The notes: generated from the letters alone by a model not told the origin. 64,000 bases of DNA from the human T2T-CHM13v2.0 reference genome, Homo sapiens (GCF_009914755.1 NC_060944.1), one strand, 5' to 3'; numbered from the stretch's first letter, positions 21,991-46,034 are shown. Made by a program: numbers and translations.

Positions 21991-22181
21991 TCAGCAGTAG
22001 TTATTTGAGACTGGAATTAGGGAAGATTAGCTTTTAATTTTTATTATGGTTTTCTTTGTTTTTACATTAATTTCATAATTATATATGTAAGTATAATTTA
22101 TAAATATATGTAAATATATGTATTATAAATATAAAACAAACATGTTTTATAACCTATAATATAAAATTATTTGTATAATCA

Positions 22182-22529
<348 letters not shown>

Positions 22530-22775
22530 CTAGACTCAGTTTTCTCAAAAATAAATTCAATGTTCTCTAAGGGCCTCCTAAGCTACAAAAAACCTTTGGG
22601 ACTGAGCTGTAGCAGAATGGTTAAGACTATGGACTTTAAATCTCAATTTGAGACTAGTTTGAATCTTGGCTCTACCACTTACTACTTGTATGACCTTTAT
22701 CAAGCTAGTTTGCCTCCTGAAACCTAAGTTTCCTTTTCTGTAAAACAGGGTTATTATAAGAATTAAATGAGGTAA

Positions 22776-23072
<297 letters not shown>

Positions 23073-24226
23073 TGACCTCAGGTGATCCACCCGCCTCAGC
23101 CTCCCAAAATGCTGGGATTACAGATGTGAGCCACCGTGCCCGGCCACCACTCTACTTTTGCATTCTTTTTGATTTCTTGAATGCCTCTTCAGTAAACTCT
23201 ACCCACTTCCTGCCATATTCCTATCATCCACTAATTGCAATAATTGAAGCCATGTTCTCATTCTGATCTGTGCACAGGCTGTTCCTTCTGCCTGCATTTT
23301 TCTCCTTCTTCTCCCCCACCTTCCCTTACCTATCTTTGCCTTGCTAACTCCTACTCATCCTTCAAGTCTCAGCTCCAGGATGCCTTTCGTGTATGCCCTT
23401 TTTGCCTATTTTGGCTAAGTATCCCCAAGTCACTAATAAACCGCTCTGTATCCACTCTGGCTCTCCCACCCCCATCACACTGATTGCACTGAGTTCCATT
23501 TGCCTGTTCATCCGTAGGTATACTGTGTCTGTTCTGTTCGATGCTATATCTCCAGCTGCTAGATTAAGCTTAGAGCACAGGAGGGCTTCATTAAGTATTT
23601 GCTGAATGAATGTATGAATGAATGAAGGTAGCTTCAAACACACCAGGATCTTTCCTGTGTCATGCACATGCTGTCCCCATCTATCTGTAGTACTCCCTAT
23701 ACTCACATGAGTTACTCTCACATCTTTCAAGCCTCCTTTAGATTTAAACAGCACTCATGGTCTCATACAGGTGTTCTCTGACAACCAGAGTTTCAAGTAG
23801 GTTCCTATTGCCCTTATTTTTGTCTCAGCCTGTTCTTCCATACTGCTTACTACAAGTTGTAGTTACTTCAGTGACTGTCTGTTTACTCTTTTTGGTCTCT
23901 TTTCTGCACAATAATGTAAGTTCTATGAGGGCAGTGACCATGTTGGTCATGTCTACTGTTGTATTCCCAGCTCCTGGTACTCAATACATGTTTTGTAGAA
24001 TGAAAGTTATTCTGAAGCCCAATCCAGATCTTACCTTCTGCATAAAGTCCTCCCACTCCAAGGTATCCCACACTGCCCTTTCCCTCCTCAGAATCCCTCA
24101 AGCACTCACACTCTTCTGCAGAACTGTCTCAGGACCAACCTTAGTTTCCTGGACATCACGAACCATGTATCTCATTTTGCCAACTGTATTTCAAGGTCTC
24201 AAAGTCAGGGACCAAATTCATCATCA

Positions 24227-24523
<297 letters not shown>

Positions 24524-25582
24524 TTATTTGAAAGCCTCAATGTCACTTTCTGAGAGAGGCATTTATTCATCACCAATCTAGATTAAGTAGCTCCCACCAT
24601 CCTGGCCCCACAGTTACCTTCTTATTTTTTTCATGGTATTTAACCACCACCTACAATTACCTTGCTCATTTGGTTTATTTGTTTGACTGTCTCCTATCAG
24701 ACTATAAACTCCATTAGAGAGAACCCTCGTCTACATGGTCACATTTGTATCCCCAATACCTACCTAGCATGTTGTCAGTCTCATTAGGAGTGAATGGATA
24801 GGTAAGAAATACTATGCTGCTGTTAAAAACAATGCTGGGTGCAGGTGGCTCACGCCTGTAATCTCAGCACTTTGGGAGGCTGAGGCGGGCAGATCACCTG
24901 AGATCAGGAGTTCAAGACCAGCCTGGCCAACATGGCAAAACCTGGTCTCTACTAAAAATACAAAAAATAGCCGGGCATGGTGGCACATGCCTGTAATCCC
25001 AGCTACTCGGGACACTAAGGCAGGAGAATCACTTCAACTGGGAGGCGGAGGTTGTAGTGAGCCGAGATTGTGCCACTGCACTCCAGCCTGGGTGACATAG
25101 CAAGACTCCATCTCAAAAAACAAACAAACCCATCAAAAAAACCAGATTGAGGTAGAACACCTCACCAAACTCCCTCTATCTTCCTTACCCTTTCCTACTT
25201 TTTCTTTTTACCATAGCACGTAACACCTTCCAATATATCTTTCACTTGTTTATGATGTTCATTGTCATTTATTTCCTCCTGCTAAAATGTAAGCTTCATG
25301 AGGGCAAGAATCTTTGGCTGCTTTGTTCATGAATGTATCCCAGGAGTCTAGAACAGTGACATACAGAAGTGCTCAACAATTATTGGCAGAGTAAATGATT
25401 GAGCAGGTCTCTATTTACTGAATGTTTAGCATAGATTCATGAAAGAAAAAGCAAGCTGTCAAACAATGGATATGACATTTTTCATTAAAACAAAACTATT
25501 TTCACAAAAGTATAAGTATATGTGTATACACACAGAAACACACACACACAAATGTTGGCATACATGAAAAAAAACTTATGGA

Positions 25583-26190
<608 letters not shown>

Positions 26191-26875
26191 ACAAAAACAC
26201 AACTTACGGAATTCATTTTTTAAAATTATTTATTATTTTTAATTTTTATTTTTTTTGACACAGAGTCTCACTTTGTCGCTCAGGCTGAAGTGCAGTGGTG
26301 CAATCTCAGCTCACTGCAACCTCTCTGCCTCCTGGGTTCACGTGATTCTCATGCCTCAGCCTTCTGAGTAGCTGGGATTACAGGTGCCTGCCACCACGCC
26401 CGGCTAATTTTTATATTTTTAGTAGAGACAGGGTTTCGTCATGTTGGCCAGGCTGGTCTCAAACTCCTGACCTCAGGTGATCTGCCCACTTTGGCCTCCC
26501 GAAGTGTGGGGATCACAGGCATGAGCCACGGCGCCCAGCCAATAAAACAATTTTGGAAGGACACCCCAAACCAATAAAGTTTGAACTCTGTCCTGTATGC
26601 ATATATTTCTTTAATAAAAAATGAGTTCATTAAAAACAAAGAAACCCTCTAGGAGCAGAATGGTTGGGTTGTGTGGTAGATTGTGTAACTGACTTCTTAA
26701 GATGCTGCCTGGCCACGTGTTGTGTCTCATGCCTGTATTCCCATTGCCTTTGGGAGGCTAAGGCGAAAGGATTGCCTGATACCAAGAGTTTGAGACAAGC
26801 CTGGGTAACATAGCAAAATCCGATCTCTACAAAAAATTAGCTGGGGGTGGTGGCATGTGCCTGTAGTCCCAGTTA

Positions 26876-27349
<474 letters not shown>

Positions 27350-28008
27350 TCAGCAGGATATGAGAGATCCTGTTGCTCCACATCCTTGCCAACATTTGCT
27401 ATTGTTGGTCTTTTTCTTTTTCATTAGTCAGGTGTGGTGGCTCCCATCTGTGGTCCACAGCTAGTCACTAGGACCACAGATGCGAGCCACCACACCTGGC
27501 TAATTAAAATTTTTTTTTTGTAGAGGCAGGTCTTGCTGTGTTGCCCAGGTGGGTCTCGAACTCCTGGACTCAAGTGATCCTCCTACCTCAGCCTCCCAAA
27601 AGCTCTGGGATTACAGACTGAGCCACCATTCCTGGCTGCATATGCTAAGTCTGTGGTGTAAATACTCCCATCATGGCCAAAATCAAGCTACCAATACTAC
27701 CTTGGGAAGAGATGTTCAATGGCATACTGTCATATATTTCCACCACACAGTTACAACAGATATAAGCAACCACAAAAGCACACAAAACGTAAAATGTAGT
27801 GAAATAATTAGAAAATAATGAGTTTTGTTTTCAATATACTTTATTTCATCCTAAATTGATATAATTTTCTAAATGGCTGTATTTAACCAATTTGCAAAAT
27901 TACTGCAAATTTAACAATGGACTCTCAAGATAGTATGAGACAGCTCCAGCACACCACTGGTTGGTTGTCTTATTCTTGAGCTGGGAGAATTCTTTATATA
28001 TTCTACAT

Positions 28009-28215
28009 CAGCACTGCCCAATGGAACTTTCTGCAATAATGAAGATGTCCTATAATTTTGAGTGGTCCAATCTGATATCCACTAGTTATCTGTGGCTACT
28101 GAGCACTTGAAATGTGGCTAGTACAAATGAGAGACTGAATTTTAAATTTTACTTAATTTTAATCCATTTAAATTCAAATTTAAATATCCACATAAGGCTA
28201 GTGGCTATCATAACA
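28009..28215. mobile_element. MER3-like hAT DNA transposon fossil
   Basis: gaactttctgcaataatg...gtggctactgagcacttgaaatgtggctagt. Confidence 0.7.
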
Positions 28216-28911
28216 GACACAGAAAGAACTGACTCTCTCCCATGCGGGATAACATTTGGGACAATAATAACGTTAATAAGAGTTATATTGTGCATACTTT
28301 ATATGTTCATAAAACTGTAGTTAAAAGCACAGATTCTGGAGTCAGCTGCCTAGGTTCAAATCTGTTTCCTTCTCTTTAAAATGGGATTAGCCTGTAATCT
28401 CAGCACTTTGGGAGGCTAAGGCCGAAGGATCCTTTGAGCCCGAGTTCCAGACCAGCCTGGGCAACAAAGCGAGACGCGGTATCTACCAAAAATAATTTTA
28501 AAGATTAGCTGGGCGTGGTGTCGCAAGGCAGCAGTCCCAGCTACTCCGGAGGCTGAGGCGGGAGGGAAGATTGCTTGAGCCCAGGATGTCGAGGCTGCAG
28601 TAAGCTGTGATCGCACCACTGCACTCCAGCCTGGGCGACAGAGCAAGATCCCGTATCAATAAAAAAGGAAAGAAAAGAAATAATGCTTGTAGAGCGTTCG
28701 GCACAGTGTCGGGTTATACTGTAAACATTCAGTAGTTGGCGCTAGTTATTAGAGCGGTGTTCCTGGATGAGCCACCTCCATGTTGAGCCTGTAAAACTGG
28801 CCTAATATGTTCTCTATGAGTCACTGCATTGCTCTGCAAATCAGATAAAACGTCACTCGTAGGTCAGTTATTAACAACCCCACTGATAATCTTTGGAAAA
28901 AACTGACATAA

Positions 28912-29857
<946 letters not shown>

Positions 29858-31325
29858 GGGCACAAGCTCTGGCTGGGGCGCTCTCGGATCGAGGGTCCGA
29901 AGGAGGGCTGCGAGCTGGTGGGAGTGCCCGCGACCTGGCGGGGTTGGTGCCTGGGGGAGGGGTGCAGCGCGGAGCTACGGGTCGCCCCGAGGCTCAGCCG
30001 TGGGGACCGCGGACGCGCTTAGCCTAGGTCTGGCCTCATTCATTTCACTCGCGCGGGCTTCTGGGCCAGGCGGCCTAAGGTTCTGGTCCCGGCGCTGCCC
30101 CTTACTCCGTGTGAGGTTTTGGGCAGATTGTCCTTCTTTGTGCTGTAGTTTCCCATTCAGTGAAAGGGGCAAAGAAAACCCTCACTTCTCTCTGGGAGCC
30201 TGGAGCATAAGTTCTCAAGTGACACTCTAGGTGCAAACTTGCAGTCGGCCACGTATTCATTGTGTAACCCAAAGCAGGTTACTTAACCCCTCTACACCTC
30301 AGTTTCTCATCTGTAAAATAAGTTAGTCAAATTAGTCACGTTATCTGCCTCGTTGAGTTGCTTTATTAAGTGAAATAATCTTCGTGCTTAGTTTAGAACA
30401 GTGCATGGCCCTAGGTAAGAACTAAGTTAACTGCATTGGAAGTTACTGAGTAGACGCTGTGCAGGGTGGAATTTCATGTAGCCTCATCGTAACTTTGGAA
30501 GCATGTACTCTTGTTACTACCATTTGACAGATGAGAAGTTGGAATCCCACGGAAGGGAACTTACTTGCCCAGGGTGACACATGAATGAGTCAGTGGCTCA
30601 CCGTTTCATTATTTGAGAAGTTCAGGATAGTAAAGTGGTTAAAAGCAGACTTTGGATTCAAATTGCCTGAAGTTTGATTTTCAGTGATGTGTCCTAGGGC
30701 AGGTAACTACTTCTGAGCCTTACTTTCCTGGTCTGTGAAATGCAGAAAATAGCCACCTTGCTTAGATGTTGTGAGGATTTAATGATTTGGTGTGTGCAAA
30801 GCACAGCATAGCGTGGGCATACCTAACATATTAAGTGCTCAACTTTTAGTCAGAAAAGTTACTGCTCTCGTTAACATGGAGTGAGAAGATTAGGATTCTG
30901 ACACAGGTGCTGTTTTAGGGGAATTTACGGTCTAGGTGGGAAAATGCTAGTCGCAGCCATTCACTAGATCTTCATATATTGGGTACCCGCCTGTGCACAA
31001 GGCATTGGGGATTCAGCATTAGTATCTTGACTCCGCTCTCTCTTAGGTCTTTCTGTCCATTAGCAGTTTCTGATAGGCTTTGACTTTGAATTCTAGCCAG
31101 ACTAACTCTCATCACTTCTCATCATGTTCACTGCTGTTGCCCTGGTTTGGGCCACCATCATCTTCTGGCTTGGATTATGGCGGTAGTCTCCCAACTGGTG
31201 TCCCCTGCTCTGTCCTTGCACCTGCATGGTCTGTTCTCCACACAGTATTGTTTATTCTCAACACAGTAATACCATTAGAGTGTAAGTCAAATCACTCCTC
31301 TGCTTAGAACTTTCCAGTGGTCTCC

Positions 31326-33870
<2,545 letters not shown>

Positions 33871-34540
33871 GGCCAGATCTTTCTGTATTAACTCGTGTAA
33901 TTGTACCTGAGGTAGATACTATTATCACTTTACACTTGAGGAAACTGAGGCACCAGCTGGTTGAATAACTGCCAAGGGCACATTGCTAATAAATGGCAGA
34001 GGTGTGATTTAAGCCTGGCCCCAGAGTCTGGGTTCTTCCTTACATTATTGTACTGGGGAACTAATCCTAGGGAGAGCTGCTTAAGGAAGAGGTGCTTGAG
34101 CTGAATTCTGAAAGTAAAAATTAAGCCAAGTTGAGGTAAAAACATGGAAAAATGCTGAGCAGGAAAGAACCTGGCTTCTTAGAGGACAGAGAAGAAGCCA
34201 GAGAGCAACAGATAGCGGGAAGCGCGAGGGAGGAGATCTGGTTGAGAGGCTGGCAAGGTGTGAGGATTCAGGATTGGGTTTGTCCTTAGAGGCAGAGGAC
34301 TTACAGACATCTTTCAGATGGGAATAGTAGGATAAGGCCTGTGCTTTAGATGCTTGGAGGCTGCTGGGAGGACTGTCCTTCCACCAGTTGAAGAGCAGGC
34401 TCCCTGCCTTCCCAAGGCTTCTCCTCAGGTTAAACCCCTGGATTCCCTCGCCCTTCCCCATGTGATTTGGTTCCCAGATCTTGGTGTGCATCATCATTGG
34501 GACTGTGTATAGCACCTTGGAAGAGTGTAGAGTGTACTGA

Positions 34541-34837
<297 letters not shown>

Positions 34838-34890
34838 TAACTCTTGCTCATTTGAGGATAACCAAGGTTAATCCAATATAAGAAATATTT

Positions 34891-35188
<298 letters not shown>

Positions 35189-35904
35189 TCAGTTTGACAG
35201 ATCTGTTTTTGTTTTTGTTTTTTTGCCTAATGTATGTTAAGGATCATACCAGATCAGTTATTTTTAGTGGGATGTCAAGAAGAGCAAGCATAGATCATCT
35301 AGAAACTTTTACTTCAGCTCTGGGAGTGAGACTGTCCAATAACACATGTACTTACTAAGTGCCCCCCTATGTGTGTGGCTAATAATAAGGGAATTCAAGG
35401 TGGAAGGCACTCACATGTATTAAATAATGGTAGTCACTACATCAGGCAATTTTGATACATGTTTTTGGACTTCTGGTGAGGAAAATGCATCATGATTAAA
35501 ACCTTTCCTGGATTCGGGACAGTCTTTTTTTTTTTTTTTTTGAGACAGAGTCTGGCTCACCCAGGCTAGAGTGCAGTGGCATGATCATGGCTCACTGCAG
35601 TCTCTGTCTCCTGGGCTCAAGCCATCCACCTCAGCTTCCCTAGTAGCTGGGACTACAGGTGTGCACCACCATGCCTGGCAATTTTTGTATTTTTTCGTTA
35701 GAGATGGGGTTTTGCCATGTTGCCCAGGCTGGTCTTAAACTCCTGGGCTCAAGTGATCCACCTGCCTCAGCCTCCCAAAGTGTTGAGATTACAGGTGTGA
35801 GCCACCACCTGACCAGGAACAGTCTTAAAGTGAATTTACATTTTATTCATTATAGTAGTATGGACAACTAGACTAAACAATTTTCCTTTGCCAAGTTTCT
35901 CATA

Positions 35905-36726
35905 TCTGCCTTAGTTTTCTTTGACTGAAGAACAAATTACCATAAATGTAGGGGCTTAAAACACCACCGACTTATTGGCTTATATGGCTTATAGTTCTTT
36001 ATTTTATTTTATTTAAGAGAGGGTCTCACTGTGTTGCCCAGGCTGGAGTGCAGTGGCTATTCACAGGCATGATTATAGCACACTATAACCTCGAACTCCT
36101 GGGCTCAAGTGATCCTCCTGTCTCAGCTTCCTGAGTACCTGGGACTATGGGTGCATCCCACCGCACCCCGCTGTTAGCTGATAATCCTGCAGGTCAGAAG
36201 TCTAGACAGGCTTGCCTGGGCCCTCTGCTTAGTGTCTCCTGAGGTCAAAGTGAAGGCATTGGCCAAACTGGGCTCCTCCCGGAAGCACTGGAGAAGAATC
36301 TGCCTCCAGGCCCATTCATGTTGTCGTGTTGTCAGCAAAATCCAGTTCCTGTGGTTGTGGGCCTGAGGTCTCCATTTCCTTGCTAGCTGTCTGCTAGGAG
36401 TTGCTCTCTGTTCCTCAAGGCCATTGGTATTTCTTCTCACATGGCCCCTCCACCTTTAAACCAGTAATGGCATGGTGAGTCCTTACTCTTCAATTCTCTC
36501 TGACTTCCTCTTCAGCCACCAGCCAGAGAAAACTGCTATTAAAGGGTTCACCTGTTTGGGTCAGCCCACCTGGATAATCTCTGAATTGTAAGGTCAGCTG
36601 ACTTGGGGCTTTAATTATACCTGCAAAATCACTTTATAACAGTTCCTAAATTTGTGTTTAAATGAATAATCAGTGGATGGAAATCCAGGGGGAGGAGTAT
36701 GAATGTCTTTAGAATTCTGCCTACCA
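35905..36726 (-). mobile_element. MLT1-type MaLR LTR interrupted by a FAM monomer (~36000-36170)
   Basis: acaaattaccataaat...ggcttaaaaca; cagttcctgtggttgt; cccacctggataatctc; ttagaattctgcctacca. The FAM carries the 7SL-like gtggctattcacaggc. Confidence 0.7.
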
Positions 36727-37727
36727 TTTCTTGTATTAGCATGGAAATGACTCCAAATCTGTAGGGACTTTAGGCATACACTACTGCACCTGGCTTGCTG
36801 GATGGAGTGTCTTCAAGCAAATATCAGACATATTGTTGTACTTGTATCTCTTATTCTATTTATTTATTTATTTTGTAGAGATGAGGTCTCGCTATGTTGC
36901 CTAGGCTGGTGTCATGAACTGACCTCAAGCAATCCTCCTGCCACGGCCTCTCAAAGTGTTGGGATTACAGGCATGAGCCATTGTGCCTGACCAACAGTAA
37001 TTCTTTAATGTCATTTAATTCTCAGTCTATGTTCAGTTATCTTGAGTTATCTCAAAAGTGTTTTTTACAGTTAGTTGGCTTAAATCAGGATCTAAAGAAG
37101 GTCTACACATTCCATTTTTTGCTGGTATCTCTTAAGACTCTTTTCACCGATAATAGTTCCCATTCCCTCTTTTCTCCCCATACCATTTATTTGTGGAATA
37201 AGTCAGGTCATTTGTCCTGGAATATTTTCCACATTCTGCCTTTGATTAATTGTATCTTCATGATGTTTTTGAACATATTTCCCTATCCTTTGTATCCCTG
37301 TAAACTGATAGTTAGCTCTTGAGGCTAAATTATATTCAGGGTTGGTTTTCTTGGTGAAAATATTTCACAGGTGGTGCTGTGGACTTCCTATTAATAGATA
37401 CATAATATCTGGTTATTTCACTTTTAGTGATGATGAAGTTGTAAATTAAGGTGTTGTCAGACTAATCTATCGCTTATAAATAGTATATAGTAGGGATTTG
37501 TTTTTTCATCCAGTCTGATAATTTCTACCTTTTGATTGGGGAGTTTATTCCATTTATTTTTTTATTTTGATTCTTTTTTTATGTTTAAGATCAATCATTT
37601 ATGTTTAATTATATTGTTGGGTTTACATCTGTCATCTTGTTATTTGTTTCCTATTGGCTTACCTGTTTTTCCCTCTCTTTTCCTGTCTTATTTTTATATT
37701 TTATTTTGTTTTATTTTATTTTTTTGA

Positions 37728-37832
<105 letters not shown>

Positions 37833-38183
37833 TAAGTAGCTGGGATTACAGACGCGCACCACCATGCCTGGCTAATTTTTTGTATTTTTTGGTAGAGATG
37901 GGGTTTCACCATGTTGGCCAGGCTGGTCTTGAACTCCTGACCTCAAGTGATTTGCCCTCCTCGGCCTCCCAAAATGCTGGGATTACACGCGTGAGCCACT
38001 GCGCCCAGCCCCTTGATTATTTTTAAATATTCTGTTTTATATCTTCTATTGACTGTTCAGATCTAATTTTTTTTTAGTGTTTGTCTAGTTTTGTTTAGAG
38101 ATTTTAATATGCATCCTTAATTTCTCACGGTATATCTTGAATTATTATTTTGCCATGTCACAAATAGTAAAAGAACCCTATAA

Positions 38184-38435
<252 letters not shown>

Positions 38436-39024
38436 TAGTCTCCATCTCCTGACCTTGTGATCTGCCCGTCTTGGCCTCCCAAAGTGCTGGGATTACAGGT
38501 GTGAGCCACCGCGCCCGGCCCATTGTCGTACTTTTTAACCTTCTTTCAAGGATCCCAGCCTTTGCTGTCTGTTGTTCAGTGTCTCAATTTCATATATTTC
38601 ATACAGTTTTATAGTTATTTTTGGTAGGAAGGGAAGTTCAATATATTTAATTCTGTCAAGGGCAGAATTGATAGTCCCAATTGGTGTCTTTTTTTTTTTT
38701 TTCTGAGACAAGGCCTCGCTCTGTTGCCCAGGTTGGAGTGCAGTGGTGCGATCATGGTTCACTGCAGCCTCAAACTTCTGGACTCAGGTGATCCTTCACC
38801 TCTGCCCCTCGAGTAGCTGGGACTACAGTCACCTGTCACCATGCCTAGCTAATTTTTTTTTTTTTTTAATATTTGTAGAGACGGTGTTGCCATGTTGCCC
38901 AGGGTTGTCTCAAACTCCTCGGGTCAAGCCATCCTCCTGCCTCTGCCTCCCAAAGTGCTGGGATTATGGACATGAACCACTGTGCCCAGCCTCCAATTGA
39001 TGTCTTTTTTTGTTGTTTGTTTGA

Positions 39025-39222
<198 letters not shown>

Positions 39223-39376
39223 TGAACTCTTGACCTCAGGTGATCCACCCGCCTTGGCCTCCCAAAGTGCTGGGATTATAGGTGTGAGCCACCCCTCTCA
39301 GCAATTGATATCTTTCAATCCATTTCAATTGTTATCCTTTTTGGTGCTCAAAATGTTCCATTTTTGCCAATGGGCC

Positions 39377-39380
<4 letters not shown>

Positions 39381-39426
<46 letters not shown>
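39381..39426. repeat. (TG)23 microsatellite
   Basis: Perfect TG dinucleotide run of 46 bp. Confidence 0.97.
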
Positions 39427-39428
<2 letters not shown>

Positions 39429-41259
39429 CATCCATTCATTTACACATTGGGTACAACTGGTTTTCAGTTTAACTGTAGAGTTAAATAGTTACTAGACTGG
39501 CCAGAAAGCCTAAAGTATTTACCAACTGGTCCTTTACAGAAAAAGTTTGCTAATCGCAGCTATATGAGATCCAGCTTACTCAAATTTTTTCCTGACAACC
39601 AGCTCTCCGTTTCTGCCCAATGTTTTCTTCCTGTGTGTGACTCTATTAAAGATACAGACGTTTCCTCATGATTACACTCTTATAAACCCTAAAGGTGAAT
39701 GTACCTCCTGATAAAATTAGTTCTGCTCAAAAGTAAGAGTATACCCATCAGAGTCAGTTAACTCAAGCTTTTAATTCTGGCTCCACCTCTCTGCAAAGGG
39801 AGTTATGAAGCCTACCTCACTGAATCATTGTAAGAAGAAAGTGAAATTACAGTATGCCCCTCAAAGGAAATGGTAGCTATTATCGTTCTTACATTGAAAA
39901 GGTTTGCTTCTATTTATACTTTGTTTAGGTGAGTTCAGACAATGCCTGGCACAGACACTGTATTCGCAGTGCCTTTTGTAGTGATGCTTCGTACTTCTGC
40001 TCTGGTTTTTGGTGATGTCTTTAGAGGCCCTGGGGAGAGAGAAAGAGCAAATTGACTAGAGGTTTTGTACTGTGAGGTATAGGAGATAACATTGAAATAG
40101 TAATGTTAACCTCTGGCAGGATTTGAATGCAGGATGAAAAGTTTCTCCTGAAGGTTTTCAAACTTTTGTGGAACCACAGGATTCGGTGTAGGGGGTCACG
40201 GAGGAATGAGGTGCTCCCACTTCATCCAGAGCATGTCTTTTGATCTGTGTCGTGATTTGGAGTTCTATAGGAGATTTAGGTTGAACACATACCCCCAAAG
40301 CTATTCTCTGCCATCATCACAAGTTTGCGGGATGTTGGTTAGGGCTGAAGATGTAGATTGAGAGGCATCCGGCCAGCTGCCATGCAGTGTGACTTGGGAT
40401 AATTACATGATTGGGCTGGCTGTGGCTTTATGTTTACAATACAGACGCTGAAGTCAGAGTGGTTGCCTTCAAGGTGTTAACTTCAAAACTTCACACCTGA
40501 GTCACCTGTGCAGCTTATTTAACCTTTCAAAATTGTTGTTCTGTCATCGGTAAGATGGAGATAATAATACTCAGCTCACAGATAATGTGTGCAGGGTAGT
40601 TAGCACGTTGATGGCATGTGGTAATACGTAGTATTACCCTTATGAGTAGTATGACTATATATAAATAGTAGTAGCAGTTGGTACACATTGATTGACATTT
40701 TTTTTTCAGACTGTCATCCTCACTGCTTAGCATACATCTGACACACGGGTGTCTAACAAATATTTGAACTGTAGACTTTAGCTCAATCAAAATGGGAGCT
40801 CTCTAAATGTGCCTGCTAATCAGAAAATAAATAGGTTAATCACATACTCCATTCTAATTGCTTATGAAATGTGCTGTGTTGATTAGGTGGTGTGTGCATT
40901 ATAAGTAATGGAAGAAAGGGAGTTGTATGCATGTTTCAGAGCTGTTGAATTTCCTCATTAGATGTGCAAACTACATAAATCCATTGAGAGATTTATGTCA
41001 TTACTGTCACTTCCGTGTAGCGGTGCATGTCCTGCTCAGCTGTTGCTGCCTTCAGCTCAGTAGAGAGAACTCCCTGGGCTCCCCTAGATACACTGTTGCC
41101 TATTCTCACAGATCGATATATTTGGAGAGATTTTGGTTATTATCTCGTAAGAGGTTTTAGCAGCAAAACTGGGAGAAATGGGGTTTAATGAGAATAGAAA
41201 CTATGGAGACAGCAGTGTGGAATGAGAGTTGATTTTAGGTGTTATAAAGTGTGAGCATC

Positions 41260-42170
<911 letters not shown>

Positions 42171-43027
42171 AAACCAAATTACTTTAAAAAAATGCCTCCC
42201 TTATAAAGCGTTGTGAGCATTAAATGAGATAATAAGTGTAAAGTGCTTAGTGTAGTGCCTGGCACATGATGAGTGCATATAGTAGTAAGTATATTTGTTT
42301 GTGGGTCAGGCACTAGTTCATTCCTGGGGATAGCAGAGAATGAGGCAATCCTTCATGCAGTAATCATTTATGGAGCATCTGCTGTGTGCCAGACATTGTG
42401 CTAAGTGCAGAGAAGACAAGAGAGCTCATTATCCATTGAGAGTACCATAATACAGTGCTAAGTGCCAAGAGGCAGACAGGCTGTTTGTGGAAAGTACCAT
42501 GGGAGTCCAGCAGAGGGAGCCGGCACTCACCCTGTCTGCCAAGAAAGCCACAATCTTGCACTGGAGTGCTGCCATCTGTGCTGGCTGCTGCAGGCTTCAT
42601 TTGGTCACTCAGCAAATATATAGTGAGTTTCTGCTGTGCACTAGATATAGTGCTAGGCACTGGGGATTTACTCTTGAGCCATAAAGAGGGAGAGGGCCCC
42701 TGCACTCTTAAGAATATGTTGTCTAATAGCTGAGACAGGCATTAATCATGTAATCAAATACATGCACGAATATTTGCAACAATGGTAAGTTTTATGAAGG
42801 GGAGATATGTGCTGTTATAAATAGGGGATTTTATAGGGGTAGAATAGGGGACTTTGATTTGCCAGGAAAGGCTTTCCTGAGGAAATCTCCGAATTTAAAT
42901 CTCATTGTGGGCTGAGTGTGTTGGCTCACACCTATAATCCTAGCACTTTGGAAGGCTGAGGCAGGAGGATTGCCTGAAGCCAGGAGTCTGAAACCAGCCT
43001 GGGCAACAAAATGAGACCCTGTCTCTA

Positions 43028-43246
<219 letters not shown>

Positions 43247-43339
43247 CTAATCTCACTCTACTCCTTAAGGGCAGGGACTTTGTCTATTTTATTTGTTGTG
43301 TATCCCCAGTTCCTAGAACAGCACCTGGCATGTGGTAGG

Positions 43340-44642
<1,303 letters not shown>

Positions 44643-46034
44643 TAAGTCTTGAGTTTTGTTAATACATTATAGGAGAAGTTGAATTGACGAGGTAATGGGC
44701 TTCCAGATGGAGAGACAGGGTGTACAAAGCCTGGAGGCTTCCAAGTGCTTGTTGTGCTTTGGGGCAGTGAGGTGCTTGTGCAACTGGAGCAGAGATGGGT
44801 GGGGAAGTGCAGTAGGAAGCACCTGGGGAAAAGCGGGCCTGGTTAGAAAGGGTCTGGCGTGGGGCCCCAGCCAGTGTGTGCCTGGGCAGCACATCACAGT
44901 AACAAAGTCTGAAGAGATGACAAAGCACAGTCTGAGAGGCAGCCAGAGTAGCAGGGAGCTGTTTATGGAGGAAATAGGGGAGGGGAGGGCAGATGAGAGA
45001 GATTTGCGGTCTTTTCTATAGGCCTCCGTATTTGATTAGGTTCAGGGAGTTGTAGGGGAAAACCTATGATGGAAGAAAGCACTGGTGTTCTTTGCTCAAG
45101 AGGGTGTTTGATTAATTGGGGTATTAGCACAGAAAGTTGGAAGCAAGCAGATCGGGGGTGGACATTTAGGGGGCAGTTTTCAGCCTTCAGTCGGGAAGAT
45201 GAGTCTAGAACGTTGGAGGGCAGCTGGAGTCAGAGTTTCCAGTCCCCCGACAGTAGCTGGCTGAAGCCTCAGCACTGGGTGGGCTCACTGAGCAGGCTGA
45301 GCATGTTCTGGGAGGTGTCCCTGCTTCTGCTGCTGTGTAAACTCCGCCATCAACATCTTGGGCTTTGAAGCCACTGAACGCCGGACTGGTTTACCTTGAT
45401 TTGTCTTTGCAAAGTGTAGGAATGATGCTTGTCTTACTCCAGAATAGATTGTTTTTAGTGGGCTCTTGAGAAGTGGAGGTTTTATAGCTCAGACACCAGA
45501 GCCAGGCTCTTCTGGAGCCAGGGAATTCTAGTTCCCCTAGTTAAAAGCTGAGTGACTTTGGACAAGTTACTTTGCCTTTATAATGCCTCAGTTTTCTTAC
45601 CTGTAAACTTAAGGTGATAAGAGTGCCTGATCCATGAGATAGATTGGGGATTAAATGAGAAATGCACATAAAGCACTTAGAACAGCGTTTGACACATTTT
45701 AAGTGCTCAGAAAGAGGTAATGATAGAGGTAGAAGTAGAGGTAGTCATTGTTTTGGGGTCTCCAGTGTTGTCGTTCCATTGTTAAAGCACCAGATGGCGA
45801 CAAAGCACACATTTTCAGCTGCCTTGCATTCCCCTGCTTGGACTCCTTGAGTAGCTTTACTTATTCTCTTCAGATCCCTAATTGATGCAAAGTGAAGTAT
45901 TTTGTTTGTTTCCTTTCTCTCTCTGGCTTCTTTAAAACTTCTGGTTGAAACTCATTTGTTTTGAGACTCTTATTTAAATTTCATTCATAAAATTAAAAAA
46001 ATGCTTTGGTTGGAGTAGCATGTACACACAGTAA

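Noticed and set aside
36000-36170. 7SL RNA-like sequence
   Set aside because: It is a diverged FAM monomer lacking the S domain, not an SRP RNA gene.
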